A stretch of DNA of 64,000 bases from Octopus vulgaris (Eukaryota): NCBI GenBank assembly GCA_951406725.2, contig OX597819.1, forward strand, positions 65,596,001-65,660,000, in the 5' to 3' direction. This document shows, in pieces, positions 15,599 to 28,640 of this stretch. Each line of letters starts with the position of its first letter. The stretch's first letter is position 1. The notes below the pieces were generated by a model that was not told the origin of the DNA, did not search any database, and saw only the letters and a list, made by a program, of their open reading frames with translations. The translations under genes and the position numbers were made by a program.

Positions 15599-15806
15599 GT
15601 AGGTAGATAGATATACTTATGTATATGTTTACGTATGTATGTGTTTTATATTCACAGCTATGAAATATATGCATTCATGCAGATATGGCACCGTGTATGC
15701 GTACGTAAATACACATGAATACATGTTTACAGACGAGCTCGGATATATCGCGATATAATCAACGACTGCAATTGCAGACGCTCGGGTTTCGCTTTCCATG
15801 CCAGAG

Positions 15807-15838
<32 letters not shown>

Positions 15839-16045
15839 AGCTTCTCCTTTTTTTTTTATTGTGTTGAATAGGTAAAGAGATACCGAGTAACAGTATGTTA
15901 CAAATTCAACTCCACTGTGATCTCGCTTCCCACATTTTATTGAAATATTTATTTCAATGTCACACCGTATTTATGTACGTGCATTTAAGAGGAATATCTT
16001 ATTTATCTTTTATCTATCTACCTAGCTCTCAATCTATCTTTATAG

Positions 16046-16085
<40 letters not shown>

Positions 16086-16221
16086 AGCGATATTAATTGC
16101 CCTTGATGTTATGATATATTTTATATATAAAGGAAAAAATTAGATACCTTGTATTAAATTTTTTCCCTAATTGGTTTATACGCTAGCCACACGATAAAAA
16201 CTTATATAGATTTTATCCTTA

Positions 16222-16296
<75 letters not shown>

Positions 16297-16773
16297 CATA
16301 TATACAGAATACATATATCTTTTTATGAATATATATGTGTATAGTTTTTGTGTGTGTTCTGTGTGTTTGCGATTGTGTGTATTTATGAAATTTTGACATG
16401 TAGGGCAATGCCGATTATCATTTTTCAAAGCTTCTGGAAGTTAGTGAAAGCAACATCAATGTTGTTCTTAGAGAAGGAATCTGGACAACATTCTAATAAC
16501 AGAGAGGAGTACGACAGAAAAACGCCTGCTAAATTACATAAGGGTTGGCAGAGTAAAGGATGAGGTCACGCCAAGATAATAAATTGTTCCTTAAACGGGC
16601 TTCCATATCTACTCGTCTCTCATTTCGCTACGAGCTAAGAACCTTCCTTCAAAGAGCAGTTCAGAGCGTGATCTCCTTAGATTGGGAAAAAAACTTTTTT
16701 GAAAACGAAAAATGAAAGTATGACCGTTCACGTGTGCGTGTGCATACATATATTTATATATATATATATACAA

Positions 16774-16808
<35 letters not shown>

Positions 16809-16851
16809 TGTATGTATGTATGTATGTATGTATGTATGTATGTATGTATTC

Positions 16852-17035
16852 GTTTATTCTTTTACTTGTTTCAGTCATTTTGACAGCGGCCATGCTGGAG
16901 CACCGCCTTTAGTCGAGCAAATCGACCCCGGGACTTATTTCTTGTAAGCCTAGTACTTATTCTATCGGTTGCCTTTTGCCGAACCGCTAAGTTACGGGGA
17001 CGTAAACACACCAGCATCGGTTGTCAAGCGACGTT

Positions 17036-17086
<51 letters not shown>

Positions 17087-17245
17087 ACATACATATATAG
17101 GTACCTCTATCAAATCCACTCACAAGGCTTTTGGTTGGCCCGAGGCTATAGTAGAAGGCACTTGCCCAAGATGCTACGCAGTGGGACTGAACGTAAAACC
17201 ATGTGGTTGATAAGCAAGCTACCTGTTACACAGCCGCTCCTGCGC
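16852..17245 (-). mobile_element. SINE family A, near full length (tRNA-derived head, internal (TG)n, 3' tail)
   Basis: Minus strand GCGCAGGAGCGGCTGTGT (A-box-like)...GTTCAGTCCCACTGCG (B-box-like)...CTTGGGCAAGTG...tail CCAGCATGGCCGC...AAACAAGTAAAAGA. Confidence 0.92.
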
Positions 17246-17357
17246 ATATATGTATACTTATGTATGTATGTATGTATGCAAGTATGTATAGACAGAGAAA
17301 GGCCGCCTATCACTATTTTATATATCTTTATACCGGTTCGATTTTAGCCACAGCAAG

Positions 17358-17408
<51 letters not shown>

Positions 17409-17659
17409 AGCATACATGCATCTATATAGACATACCCGAAAGCACACACACACGCACATCCTCCACATATGTATAAATACATATTTATATTGAAGAATGC
17501 TTCTGTGTTCATGCGTGTGTATATGCGCGCGTGTATGTGTGAGTATGATATGCATATACATATATATACATATATATGTATATGTATATATATACATATA
17601 CATACATATATATATATATATATATACTGCGTTGCATACAGAATTGTGTATATACCCGC

Positions 17660-17697
<38 letters not shown>

Positions 17698-17730
17698 GGA
17701 GCTTCTATATATAGAGTACTATTACTGTGG

Positions 17731-17773
<43 letters not shown>

Positions 17774-18182
17774 TGTGTGTGTGTGTCTTTATGCACGGGG
17801 ATAATTATGTATTTATGTATGTATGGCTATATCTATATGTGTGTTGTAAATGCTGATTTAGTCACGAGTACCCACATGTCGATATATTTAACTTTATGGA
17901 CCTGTGTATCTGTGTTCGCATTGTGTTTGCTTCTCTCTTCCCGACGTGTGTTGTGGATGTGTATTTTGACCCATCGCTTACTTTGGTGACAAGACGGAGC
18001 AGAAAATATTCTTTACTTTAATGTATGCTTGCGCCCGTTGATATGTGTGTGTACATCTGTCTGTCTATGTATATGTGTGCAAGTATGTATCTCTGTGTGT
18101 GCGTGTGTGCTTGTGCGTATGCATACATATGTACGTTTGTGTGTATGTATGTGTGTATTCTCACACACATACACACACACAC

Positions 18183-18271
<89 letters not shown>

Positions 18272-18828
18272 GAAAGAAGAAAGCTGCTGCGGGCTTTGGA
18301 TCGTACAGTAATATATGTTATCTTATAGGGAAGGTGGCAAACCCGTTGAAGCATCGAAATAATGATTTCTCATATGTCTTTCGGATCTTTACATTCGGTG
18401 TTCAAATTCCGATTTGATTACTTTTTCACTTAAATTTTATTTTAGGGGCCGTTGAAATTAACTACCACTCAATTAGTAGGGTCGATGGTATCGACTGACC
18501 CGATCACCTCAAAATCGCTGGTGTAGTGGTTAAATCTGAAACATTACTATAATATTCATCCTGGGTGTTCTTGTGTTCTAATTCTATAATGGAATTCGGA
18601 GACTTTAAGCTGTTAAAAGTCTGTTTCCGTTAAAATGCCTATTTTGTGCATTACTTCATTTCGGTTTCGAATTCTGGTGAAGGTGCATGATTTTTTAAAA
18701 AAACTTTTTAATATGTAAATATAACATATACATATTCAATAGCATGTATATTGTCTCACAAGAGTCAAGACATGTTACAAACGGTTTCATGTTGAAGAAA
18801 CTTCTCAATGTACAGACTTTCAATCGCT

Positions 18829-18868
<40 letters not shown>

Positions 18869-18923
18869 GTATGTATTTAAGTATATATATGTACGTATGT
18901 ATTTAAGTATAAGTATGTATGTG

Positions 18924-18965
<42 letters not shown>

Positions 18966-19685
18966 CGTACGTATGTATGTGTGTGTATGTACACACATGT
19001 ATATGCATCCATCCATACATTCAGATCTATGTTCAAAGGCTTTTTCTCTTTCATGTCACCGACTAATTTATCGGGTTCGCCTTTTGTTATGTAATCGAGA
19101 ATATCATATACGAGAGATTTGGTTACTATTTCTAGTAGATTGGGTGACTACATAGAGGTTCGCTCATTGACTGACGGGCTTCAGCTACCGTTGTCATCAT
19201 TTCAATGTTGTGTTTGGTGTTTTGGCTTATGTGAGACCTGAACTTGTACGTCTATGATCAAATGCATTCTAATCGTGACCATCTCATCTTAATACGGACC
19301 TGTGCTTATCGTATTCGTATATGTGGCCTCGATTTTCAATTTATAATAGGATAAAAGAACTGTACATATTGTAGCGTGATGGTGCACATGAAAGCCTGAG
19401 TGTATCTCAGTATATTCTTCTCCGTTCTAAGTTCAAATCGCACCGTAATCGACTCTTTTATTTCGTAAAGTGTTTATAAAATAAAACAGCAAGGAAATAA
19501 TGACATCAACTCATTCGATTTTCGTGTACTTTGTCGCTTTTAGACGTTTTAATTCTTTTGATTGTGAAACCAAGACAAGTTAGAGAAGGAAAGTCAGCGA
19601 CTAATATTATGCAGTTAGACAGACCGACAGACAGATAGATAGATAGAGAACAGGATGGATGGATGGATGGATGAATAAATAGATA

Positions 19686-19962
19686 TGTTTCTTTATTAGC
19701 CACACAGGGCTGAACACAGAGGGGACAAATTACAAAGTAGAGCTTTTCTTTTTAGGGAGAACAAAAAATAAAAAAATAAAGATTAAATTAAAAGGGGTGG
19801 GGTAGGGTTTCGATCAAAAGGGATCGTAAAAAGGAAAGAAAGAAAAACGATCAATAGGGATCGTGTATCACAGAAATGTCATGATGTAAAGTGCAAAGAG
19901 GGAAACAGATAAGATTTATCCGTGGAAAGAAAAGCCTACGGAAACGACCAAGGTAACCTCGA
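19686..19962 (-). mobile_element. 3'UTR fragment of a non-LTR retrotransposon (possibly L1/Tx1-like) inserted in a GATA/GGAT microsatellite
   Basis: T-rich 3'UTR-like sequence ending TTTGTCCCCTCTGTGTTCAGCCCTGTGTGGCTAATAAAGAAACA, with GATA repeats on both sides. Clade assignment is inference. Confidence 0.55.
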
Positions 19963-20299
19963 GATAGATAGATCGATAGATAGATAGGTAGATGTTTGTC
20001 TTTGTATCGAGTTATAATAAAAACTGAAAAATTACTCAATACATTGAGTACAGGAATTATGTAATATATTTTTAGAAGAGGGATGATAGTGACTTCGAAA
20101 TTTCGGCCTGGTAGCTTTCGTAAATCCCTATCGCTCTTCTTTTTGTAATAATATATGTGGGTGAGAGTGTGCGCGCATGTGTGATTGTGCGTGTGTGCGT
20201 ACGTGTATGTATATATACATGCACAGACACACACATTGAGTGAAAGAGAAATGAGAATCAAAAAGCAAATCTTTTTTAAAATTTATTATTCATTTAAAT

Positions 20300-20512
20300 A
20301 GTAAAGCAGCGCCCTAGCAGCTGCATCGTTTGCACTCCGGATAAAATTTCGTCCGTTTTACAGCGTGAGTTCAAATTCCGTCACAGTCGATCTAGCCTTT
20401 TATCGTTTCGGAGTCCATAACACAAGTACCAGTTGATTACTGGGGGTCGATGTAATCGACTTAGTCCCATTCGCCTGAAATTGCTGGCCCCGTGTCAAAA
20501 TTAGAACCCATT
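20300..20512 (+). mobile_element. SINE family B (tRNA head + Meta-like core), diverged
   Basis: GAGTTCAAATTCC B-box, GCCTTTTATCGTTTCGGAGTCCATAA core, GGGGTCGATGTAATCGAC. Confidence 0.85.
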
Positions 20513-20834
20513 ATTTATCTGTGTTCAAATCGTTTAGGGGTTACAATTTCCTTTAAAACTTACGTGGATTTATAAAATAATATTCACATCAGATTTTGAA
20601 TTAGATTTTAAGTGGTTGAGAGCAAAGGTGTGTTGGATCATCAGCCGTCCTCTCTCGAATTCTGGGGCGGCGCAAAATTTCGTTTGGCTCTATCGTGCCC
20701 CCCATGTTTTTATTTTTAAGTCGTGTTGCCATAATTGCTCAAGGCACTGTGACACCTTGTATAACGCCCTCGATAATACAACGTTTTAATTCTTTTGAGG
20801 CCCGAAGATTATGAATGCAAGTTAATGGGTGGAG

Positions 20835-21020
20835 TCCCTACGTGGTCATCTTTATTGCTAGAAATAAAACTCAAATTTCCCTTACGTAACGCCTTACTGT
20901 GTTTTAAAGCAAAAAAAAGGAAAAGGACATTTTGATATGGGCTTAGAATCTGTATGCATAAGCAAAAAAAAAGCCAGGAAGGTCACAAATGGAGTGTGTC
21001 TGATCATATGCCTGTACGAT
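20835..21020 (+). mobile_element. Interspersed repeat family E (GCTAGAAATAGCAGCCAAAT-type); further copies at ~21330, 24700, 33900(-), 34400, 48400, 58370(-), 62590
   Basis: The GCTAGAAATA(G/A)CA..CAAAT word with a related downstream segment recurs at many positions in the window. Confidence 0.65.
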
Positions 21021-21556
21021 CAAAAGCGAGCGTCTGTTAAACTGTTACCTCTATCAACACAATGTTTTACGACACCACCACCATAACAACCACGAAGACC
21101 TCCACCACCACCACCACCACTGGGAAGGGCACCGTCCGCCCTAAGAATACATCCAGCAACTAGTCGAAATCCTAGCACTACCACCGCAACCACCATCGCC
21201 ACCACCACCACCGGAACACTGACAATCACTCGAACACTACCTCCAACACTAACACTACCACCATAACCGAGAACACTGCCATCACCACCATTGTCGTTCT
21301 CCCTAATAGTATAACAACCACCGTCTCACAGAGAACCTCTATATGGTGGTTTAAACTGCTAGAAATAGCAAGCAAACCTGACTTGAAACACGTCCTGCAG
21401 TCTATGATCAAAGAAAACATTGGATTATTGTTCTTAAGCAGTAACGTGTTCACTTCTCACTCTTTCCATTGATCCATTACACTAGCATGCTCTCTCTCTC
21501 CCACTCCCTCACTTACTCTCTTTCTCTCTCTCTCTGACACTCACTCACTCACTCAA

Positions 21557-21613
<57 letters not shown>

Positions 21614-21853
21614 GTCTGTCTATCTATCCCTTCTACTTTCCCTATATCTTAAAATCTACAAAGATTCAACTTAGGAATATACGCTTTTGTTGTCTCGTCC
21701 TGGTTCCCTGTTTCATAAAAAAAAGGGGAGGGGGATCTAAATTACTGTATTACCTTTCAGCGTATGCCTGCTCGATGAGGGCCCTCTCGGTGTTAAACAA
21801 CAACAATTTATTATCTACTACTTTTTTTTAACACCAGTTATAGCAATCACTAA

Positions 21854-22580
21854 GGCAGCGAGCTGGCAGAGACGTTAGGACGCCGGATGAAATGCTTAGC
21901 GGTATTACGTCTGCCGCTACGTTCTGAGTTCAAATTCCGCCGAGTTCGACTTTGCCTTTCATCCTTTTGGGATCGATATATTAAGTACCAGTTACGCACT
22001 GAGGATCGATATAATCGACTTAATCCGTTTGTCTGTCCTTGTTTGTCCTCTCTGAGTTTAGCCCCTTGTGGGTAGTAAAGAAGTAGGTATTACCTATGTC
22101 TTTACGTTGTGAGTTCAAATTCCGCCGAGGTCGATTTTGCCTTTCATCCTTTCGGGGTCGATAAATTAAGTACCAGTTACGCACTGGTGTCGATATAATC
22201 GACTTAATCCATTTGTCTGTCCTTGTTTGTCCTCTCTGAGTTTAGCCCCTTGTGGGTAGTAAAGAAATAGGTATGAGTTCAAATTCCGCCGAGGTCAACT
22301 TTGCCTTTCATCCATTCGGAATCGATAAATTAAGTACCAGTTACGGACTGGGGTCGATCTAATCGACTGGCCTCCTCCCCACAAATTTCGGACCTTGTGC
22401 CTAGAGTGGAATAGAATCGTTACCGCTCCGGACAAAATACTTAGCGACATTCTGTTCGTTTTTGCGTTCAAATCCCGCCGGGGTCAACTTACCTTTCAAC
22501 ATTTCATGATCAATAAAATAAATATCAGTTGGGCACAGGGGTCGATGTTGTCAAATTGCCCCTTCTCCCAAAATTTGAAA
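21854..22580 (+). mobile_element. Nested/concatemeric family B SINE array (4 units)
   Basis: Head GGCAGCGAGCTGGCAGA at 21854; units restart at 22086, 22270 and 22413. The core GCCTTTCATCCTTTCGGGGTCGATAAATTAAGTACCAG resembles the MetaSINE central domain. Confidence 0.93.
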
Positions 22581-22619
22581 ATAATTACGTTAATGGTTAT
22601 TTTCAAATATGGATGATCA

Positions 22620-23620
22620 CACATGAGCAGAAGAGTTAGAACACCGGACAAAATACCTTACGATATTTGTTTCATCTCTTAGTTCAAATTCCACCAGGTT
22701 CACCATTGCTTTTCATCCCTCCAGGGTCAATGAAATAAAGTGCCAGTTTAGTGCTAGTGTCGATGATATTCTCCTCGTCGCTGATGTGTGCCACTCGCCT
22801 CTGTCCACGTAGCTGGGATCGCGCCTCACGCTTCGTGCCCGCCGACGACGTCGCAGTCGTCGCACTTCGTCCTCTCACTCCAAATTTTGCTAATCTTGCT
22901 CTGAAATCTGAAACTATTGTCAAACCCTAGAAAGGTGATGATTGTCAAAATTGTTACAGCATCGGGCAAATTCCCTAATGAGTTTTGATTTGGTTCTTTA
23001 TGCCCCGAGTTCAAACCACCATCATGGTCAGTATATGCCTTTCATTCCTCTACCGGCCCTAAAGGTACTGGAGCTTGACATATGCGACTAATGCCTCGAT
23101 GTTTCTAATGCTGTGCCTAAATTGGAAACAATAACATTCGTTTTAGCAAACAGAAAAGGTGTCAAGGGTGTGGAAGAGTCGATAGGTTGTCGGAAATTTT
23201 TTTAAAAGGTTTTTATTCCAGGTCTTTAAATTCTGTGTTCAAATCCTTCTAGAGAACAGATTTAGTTTTATTTATTTTTGAGAAAATAAAGTACCAGTCA
23301 AACAAGAGTTGAGGTCGATAAATTCGAGTAACCCCGCTCCCCCAAAATTTCTGGTTTTCTGCTAACGTTGGAAACAATTATTGAAAGTAGTGTATTGGTA
23401 GAATCTTCAGAAGGTCGGAAAACTATATTATGGTATTTATGTAGAGTCTTCTGGTTTTAAGTTCGAATCCCGTTGACATGAAATTTACTTTCCAATCTTC
23501 CAGAATAAAAAAAGTGTACGAGATACTGGAAGCAATATAATGAACTAACTTCTCTTTCTTTATACTCTCTCTCTCTCTCATCCAAACTTTTGTCCTTGCA
23601 TCTATGCTGGAATTAATTAC
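22620..23620 (+). mobile_element. About four older, degenerate family B copies head-to-tail
   Basis: GTTCAAAT/GTTCGAAT-like B-boxes at ~22682, 23009, 23237 and 23461, each followed by TTTCAT.../AAGT(A/G)CCAG-like cores. Confidence 0.7.
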
Positions 23621-23692
23621 CAGATGATAGAGCAGCGGTAACTATTGCACAGTATGAGACGAAATAACTCGTATCATATAACTACGTGCAAA

Positions 23693-24140
23693 GGAGGCGA
23701 GCTGGCAGAAACGTTACCGCGCTGAACGAAATGCTTAGCGGTATTTCGCTCGTCGCTACGTTCTGAGTTCAAATTCCACCGAGGTCAACGTTGCCTTTCA
23801 TCCTTTCGGGGGTCGATTAAATGAGTACTAGTTACGCACTGGGGTCAATATAATCGACTTAACCCGTTTGTCTGTCCTTGTTTGTCCCCTCTGTGTGTAG
23901 CCCCTTGTGGGAAGTAAATATCAAAGAAATAAGAATCGTTACCACGCCGGGCGATATGCTTAGCGGCATTTCGCCCGTCGCTACGTTCTGAGTTCAAATT
24001 CCACAGAGGTCAACTTTGCTTTTCCTCCTTTCGGAGATCAATAAATTAAGTACCAGCTGAGTACTGGGGTGGGTCGATGTGATCGACTGACCCTCTCCCA
24101 ACAAAATCCAGGTCGTGTGCCAATAGTAGAAAGGATTATT
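23693..24140 (+). mobile_element. Family B SINE dimer with target-site duplication
   Basis: TAACTACGT at 23679-23687 and 24141-24149; internal restart at 23932. Confidence 0.92.
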
Positions 24141-25429
24141 TAACTACGTATCGTGAAATTCTGAGGTCAAATTCCACCCGTGCTGACTTTAGCAGTTAAA
24201 TTTTCTGGGTCAATAAGATAAATAGCATTTAATATGATCCAATATTAACCTTCCTTCCAAATTTTTTATGAATCTGAGCACATTTTTCATCATATACAAG
24301 AAGCCGTTTATTGTAATTACTTTCAGGGGGTTCGTTCTTTATAACAATAACCGAATAAAATAATTAATCAGTAAATATACAGATATTCTCATTGTATTTG
24401 GAATCAAGTAATTTTGATGACAATAAGCGTTTGCTGGTATTGTCAACGATTACAATATACAGAATCCTCTGGCAATGTGGGTGTGTGCGTGCACATTTTG
24501 TTTTATATGTTAAGTATGCATTCATATTGTTGGTCTTACCACAAGTGCAAAAAGGAAAACGAGATAAATTTGTCATTTGGTCATAATGCTTTTCATTAAA
24601 ACGCTTCGTTTTGGCCTCGGGAAAGGCATGCACATCACAACGATTCATATCTGTCGACAACACCACTACATGCAACAAAGAAACTACTACGGATTTAATA
24701 AAACTGCTTGAAAATAGCAGCCAAAGTTCCTTCCAGTCACATCGGATTTTCATAAGAAAAGTAAGTGAACGAATTGACTAGTGTAGTCCTAGATACATCT
24801 GGGCAAAAAGAAGAAAGAAAAAAGTGGGTGGTGGCTATTGTAGTTTGACTTGTCTTTGATCGTAACGCAGTTTGAACGTAGAGTAACCTAGGGCTAAAAA
24901 ACAAAAGCAACAAGGGGAGTGTTGGCCATGGCTGGAACACTCCAAAATTGAATAGGAGCTAAACAGCAACAAATACGGCTACTTCAAAAACAACAACAAC
25001 TACTTCATTAACAACGAAAACAGACACACAGACACACATACCACAAATAATTTTTGAGAAGATAAGTAGGTGATACATCGTCAATGGTGTTTCTGTTGTC
25101 GTTCTTGTTGTACTGCGTCTTAGTAGAGTTAGAATTATACTCTTGGCTTAACAAAGACTTTGAGAAAGGCATGAACGTTATAACATTGCTTGGACGCCCA
25201 GTATCAAAGTGAACTGTAAAAAGACTACTGCGTACACACACACACACACAAATACAAAGGCAGAAACAAACACAGGCAGCATGGAAACACGAATACGTAT
25301 ACATACACACACCCACACACTCACGTATATGTATACATTCACACACACATGTATACATATATATATACAAATATGCATACATACATGCATGCTTGCATAT
25401 ACATACATATATGTATATACTCTTTTAAT

Positions 25430-25613
25430 CTTTTACTTGTTTCAGTCATTTGACTGTGACCATGCTGGAGCACCGCCTTTAGTCGAGCAAATCGACCCCA
25501 TGACTTATTCTTTATAAGCCTTGCACTTATTCTATCGAATACTTTTGCTGAACCGCTTAGGTACGAGGACGTAAACACACCAGCATCTGGTGTCAAGCGA
25601 TGTTGGGCGGGGA

Positions 25614-25620
<7 letters not shown>
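25430..25620 (-). mobile_element. SINE family A, 3' half
   Basis: TTTTACTTGTTTCAGTCATTTGACTG...AAGCGATGTTGGGCGGGGACAAACAC. Confidence 0.9.
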
Positions 25621-25660
<40 letters not shown>

Positions 25661-26230
25661 GTGACAAACGGATATATATATATATATATATATTTGTGTG
25701 TGTGTGTGTTTATATATACACACACATATGCATACATATACATACATATATATACATGCTTGCATGCGTGCATATACAGGTACATGCATACATGCATGCA
25801 GCCCTATACAGATATAAACATATACCATCATAAACGTACACACACACACGCGCACTCACACAATATCATACGTACACACGCAAATCAATACATTACAAGC
25901 TTCGGTAAAAACATTGAGATTGACGTGCTTAGACAAAGCTGGAGTTTGTCAACGATATATTAACAATCCGGTAACGGTTTCAATTCCATGAAAATCATTG
26001 AAGTTTTTTTTTTTCAGTTTCTTTTTAATTTATTTGCTTTTTGTAGTAAACTCTATGGGATAGGCATGAATGTCATATTCTCTGATCTCTGCCTTACGTT
26101 TTAGATTTAATTACCAGATGCCTTACGTTTTAGATTTCTACGCGTATTTAATGCACAAGAGAAGAACAATAAAATTAGAGAATTACTATTTTTTAATCTC
26201 GCAGCGTGAGATATTCAGCAACAGTACTTA

Positions 26231-26476
26231 GTAGTAAAGATCGTTTGCCAACATAATAAGGCAGTCTTGGTTTAAGACTAATGTTGCTGTAATTTAGCCC
26301 CAGGAGACAGATATTGTTTGAGCTGAGGGGGGATGCTAGATTCCCTTGTTCGAAAATGTCAGAACACAGGTCGTGTCGTATAACCAGCTGGAGACGATGT
26401 CTCCTGGGGCTAAATTACAGCAATATCAGTCCTTAACCAAGACTGCCATGTTATGTTGGCAAACAATCTTTACTAC
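26231..26476. mobile_element. MITE-like element with 79-bp terminal inverted repeats
   Basis: 26231-26309 is the near-exact reverse complement of 26398-26476. Confidence 0.8.
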
Positions 26477-26924
26477 AATGAAATTAGAATTTGACTCATT
26501 TGTGAGTGTGTCTGTGTTTAAGAACGCATGTGTGTGTGTATGTGTGTGTGTGTCAGTATACTCATATGCGAATATATGAGCATGTTTGTGCAGGAGGGCG
26601 TGCATATGTGTATGTGTGTGTATATTTCAGTATGTGCTTGTACGTGTATGCGTGTAAAGACATACTAACGAAAGTTCTAGAGAAAATTTACCAAGACAGC
26701 CTTGTGATGAGAGGGACACTTTTGGTTCAAATGCGGTGTCATTTCTTTCCTTTTCTTTTTCATTTTATTAAGGTGTGTGTCAGCATTCGTCACAGACCCA
26801 TTTTCTGGCAATCAGGTCCCTTGATTCACGTCCTGGTTGAAACCTCGTCACAAAGGCCCTACCTACTAAACTGCATATTTACAATTTATTTTAATAAACT
26901 TTCGGTTCTCATTTATTTCATTAT

Positions 26925-27282
26925 CTATTACTTGTTTCAGTCGTTAGACAGGGGTCATACTGGGGCACCGCGTTCAAGTGTTTCTAGTCAAACTATTCTA
27001 TCGGAATCGTTCGCCGAAACGCTAAGTTACAGGGACGTAAACACACCAACACAGGTTGTCAAGCGGTGGTGGGAAACAAACACCAACACAAAGACATACA
27101 TTCATAGACATATATGTGTATACTATGGGCTTCTTTCAGTTTCCGTCTACGAAATCTACTGATAAGACCTTGGTGGGTCAGAGGTTAAACTAAAACACAC
27201 CTACTTGGGGTGTCACGCGGTGGGACTGAACCCGCAATCATGTGCTTAGGAAGCAATCTTTTTATTATACAGCCACGCCTGC
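26925..27282 (-). mobile_element. SINE family A, diverged near-full copy
   Basis: Tail, body and tRNA-like head (GGTGGGACTGAACCCG, ACAGCCACGCCTGC) present. Confidence 0.85.
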
Positions 27283-27506
27283 ATTAGTGAAGCATATTGT
27301 AATAAATTATTAATTATAATTGGTTTTAATTTATTGTTATTCGTTAAAAACTCTTTTCCAGTGAGTAGTGCTTTGATTAATTATGACATAACACGTATTC
27401 CTTTGAATTCACGTGAGTTTTATCGCGGCATATATATGTATGTGTATATGCGCGCTCACGCGTATATATATATATATATATATGTATGCATGTATATATA
27501 TATATA

Positions 27507-27548
<42 letters not shown>

Positions 27549-27564
27549 CATGTATATATATATA

Positions 27565-27675
<111 letters not shown>

Positions 27676-27967
27676 CCTGATTCCGTCCTAAAACTGCGGC
27701 CATGCTCTAGTACCACATTGAAGAATTTTAACCGTACCGATCGACCCCTGTACTTACGCATTTTTTTTTTTTTTGTGCTTTGATAAAGCCTGGAAACTTT
27801 TCATTTGGTCGCTTTTACCGAACTGATACATTAAGAGGTGTAAACGCACCAACACCGGTTGTCAAGATACAAACACACACACACACATATTCACACAGCT
27901 GCGCACGCACACACACATATATATGTACATACGTCAGGCTTATATACCATTACCCCAAGGTACCATG

Positions 27968-28011
<44 letters not shown>

Positions 28012-28485
28012 TAAATTGATAACGAATACAATTGCTATTGCATTTTATACGATGTCTAATTAAAAAGTAATGAAAATATAAATCACAATTCTTTGTGACT
28101 CACTCTTGCGTATTTATTCAAAATGAGAGGCACGGGAGGAAATCGAAATATTCTTGATTGTGTGCGCGTGTGTTTGGCTTTATATATCTCTCAATATGTG
28201 AATGTGTATGTACACGTATGACCAAAAGTAGGTCCCACTGTATGTATTACATATGACCGAGCCTCGTTGGGAGAAAATGAGTTGATATAAAATTCATTGA
28301 ATTTCACGGTGGTTTTATTTCATACCCAGCTGGAATCCATTTGCTCTTATATTTCTTGGTCCTGTTCTATCGAAGAGAAGAAAATAGTAACGAGAGCCAA
28401 ATTGCAGCCAGTAACTCTGGGTAATCATGTCTTTGTATCAACTTTATATCCATAACACGTTTCCTTCATTACTCCGTCAGAGAGA

Positions 28486-28640
28486 TATCATCATCATTAT
28501 CATCATCTTTTAACATACTTTTTCGATGCTGGCATGGGTTGGACGGTTTGAAAAGCGTTGTCAAACCAGAGGACGGGAGCAAGCTCTACTACTGTCTGTT
28601 TTGGCATGGTTTCTACAGCTGGATTCCTCTCATAATGTTA
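28486..28640 (-). mobile_element. SINE family F fragment (V-domain-like core, (GAT)n tail)
   Basis: Minus strand GGAATCCAGCTGTAGAAACCATGCC...CCGTCCAACCCATGCCAGCATC...TTAAAAGATGATGAT. Confidence 0.55.

Noticed and set aside
21854-22580. CRISPR-like or satellite interpretation of the regularly repeated units
   Set aside because: Units are ~150-230-bp SINE bodies with Pol III boxes, not short repeats with unique spacers; eukaryotic context with no cas genes.
26090-26138. Short direct repeat TGCCTTACGTTTTAGATTT
   Set aside because: Ordinary small local duplication with no associated structure.
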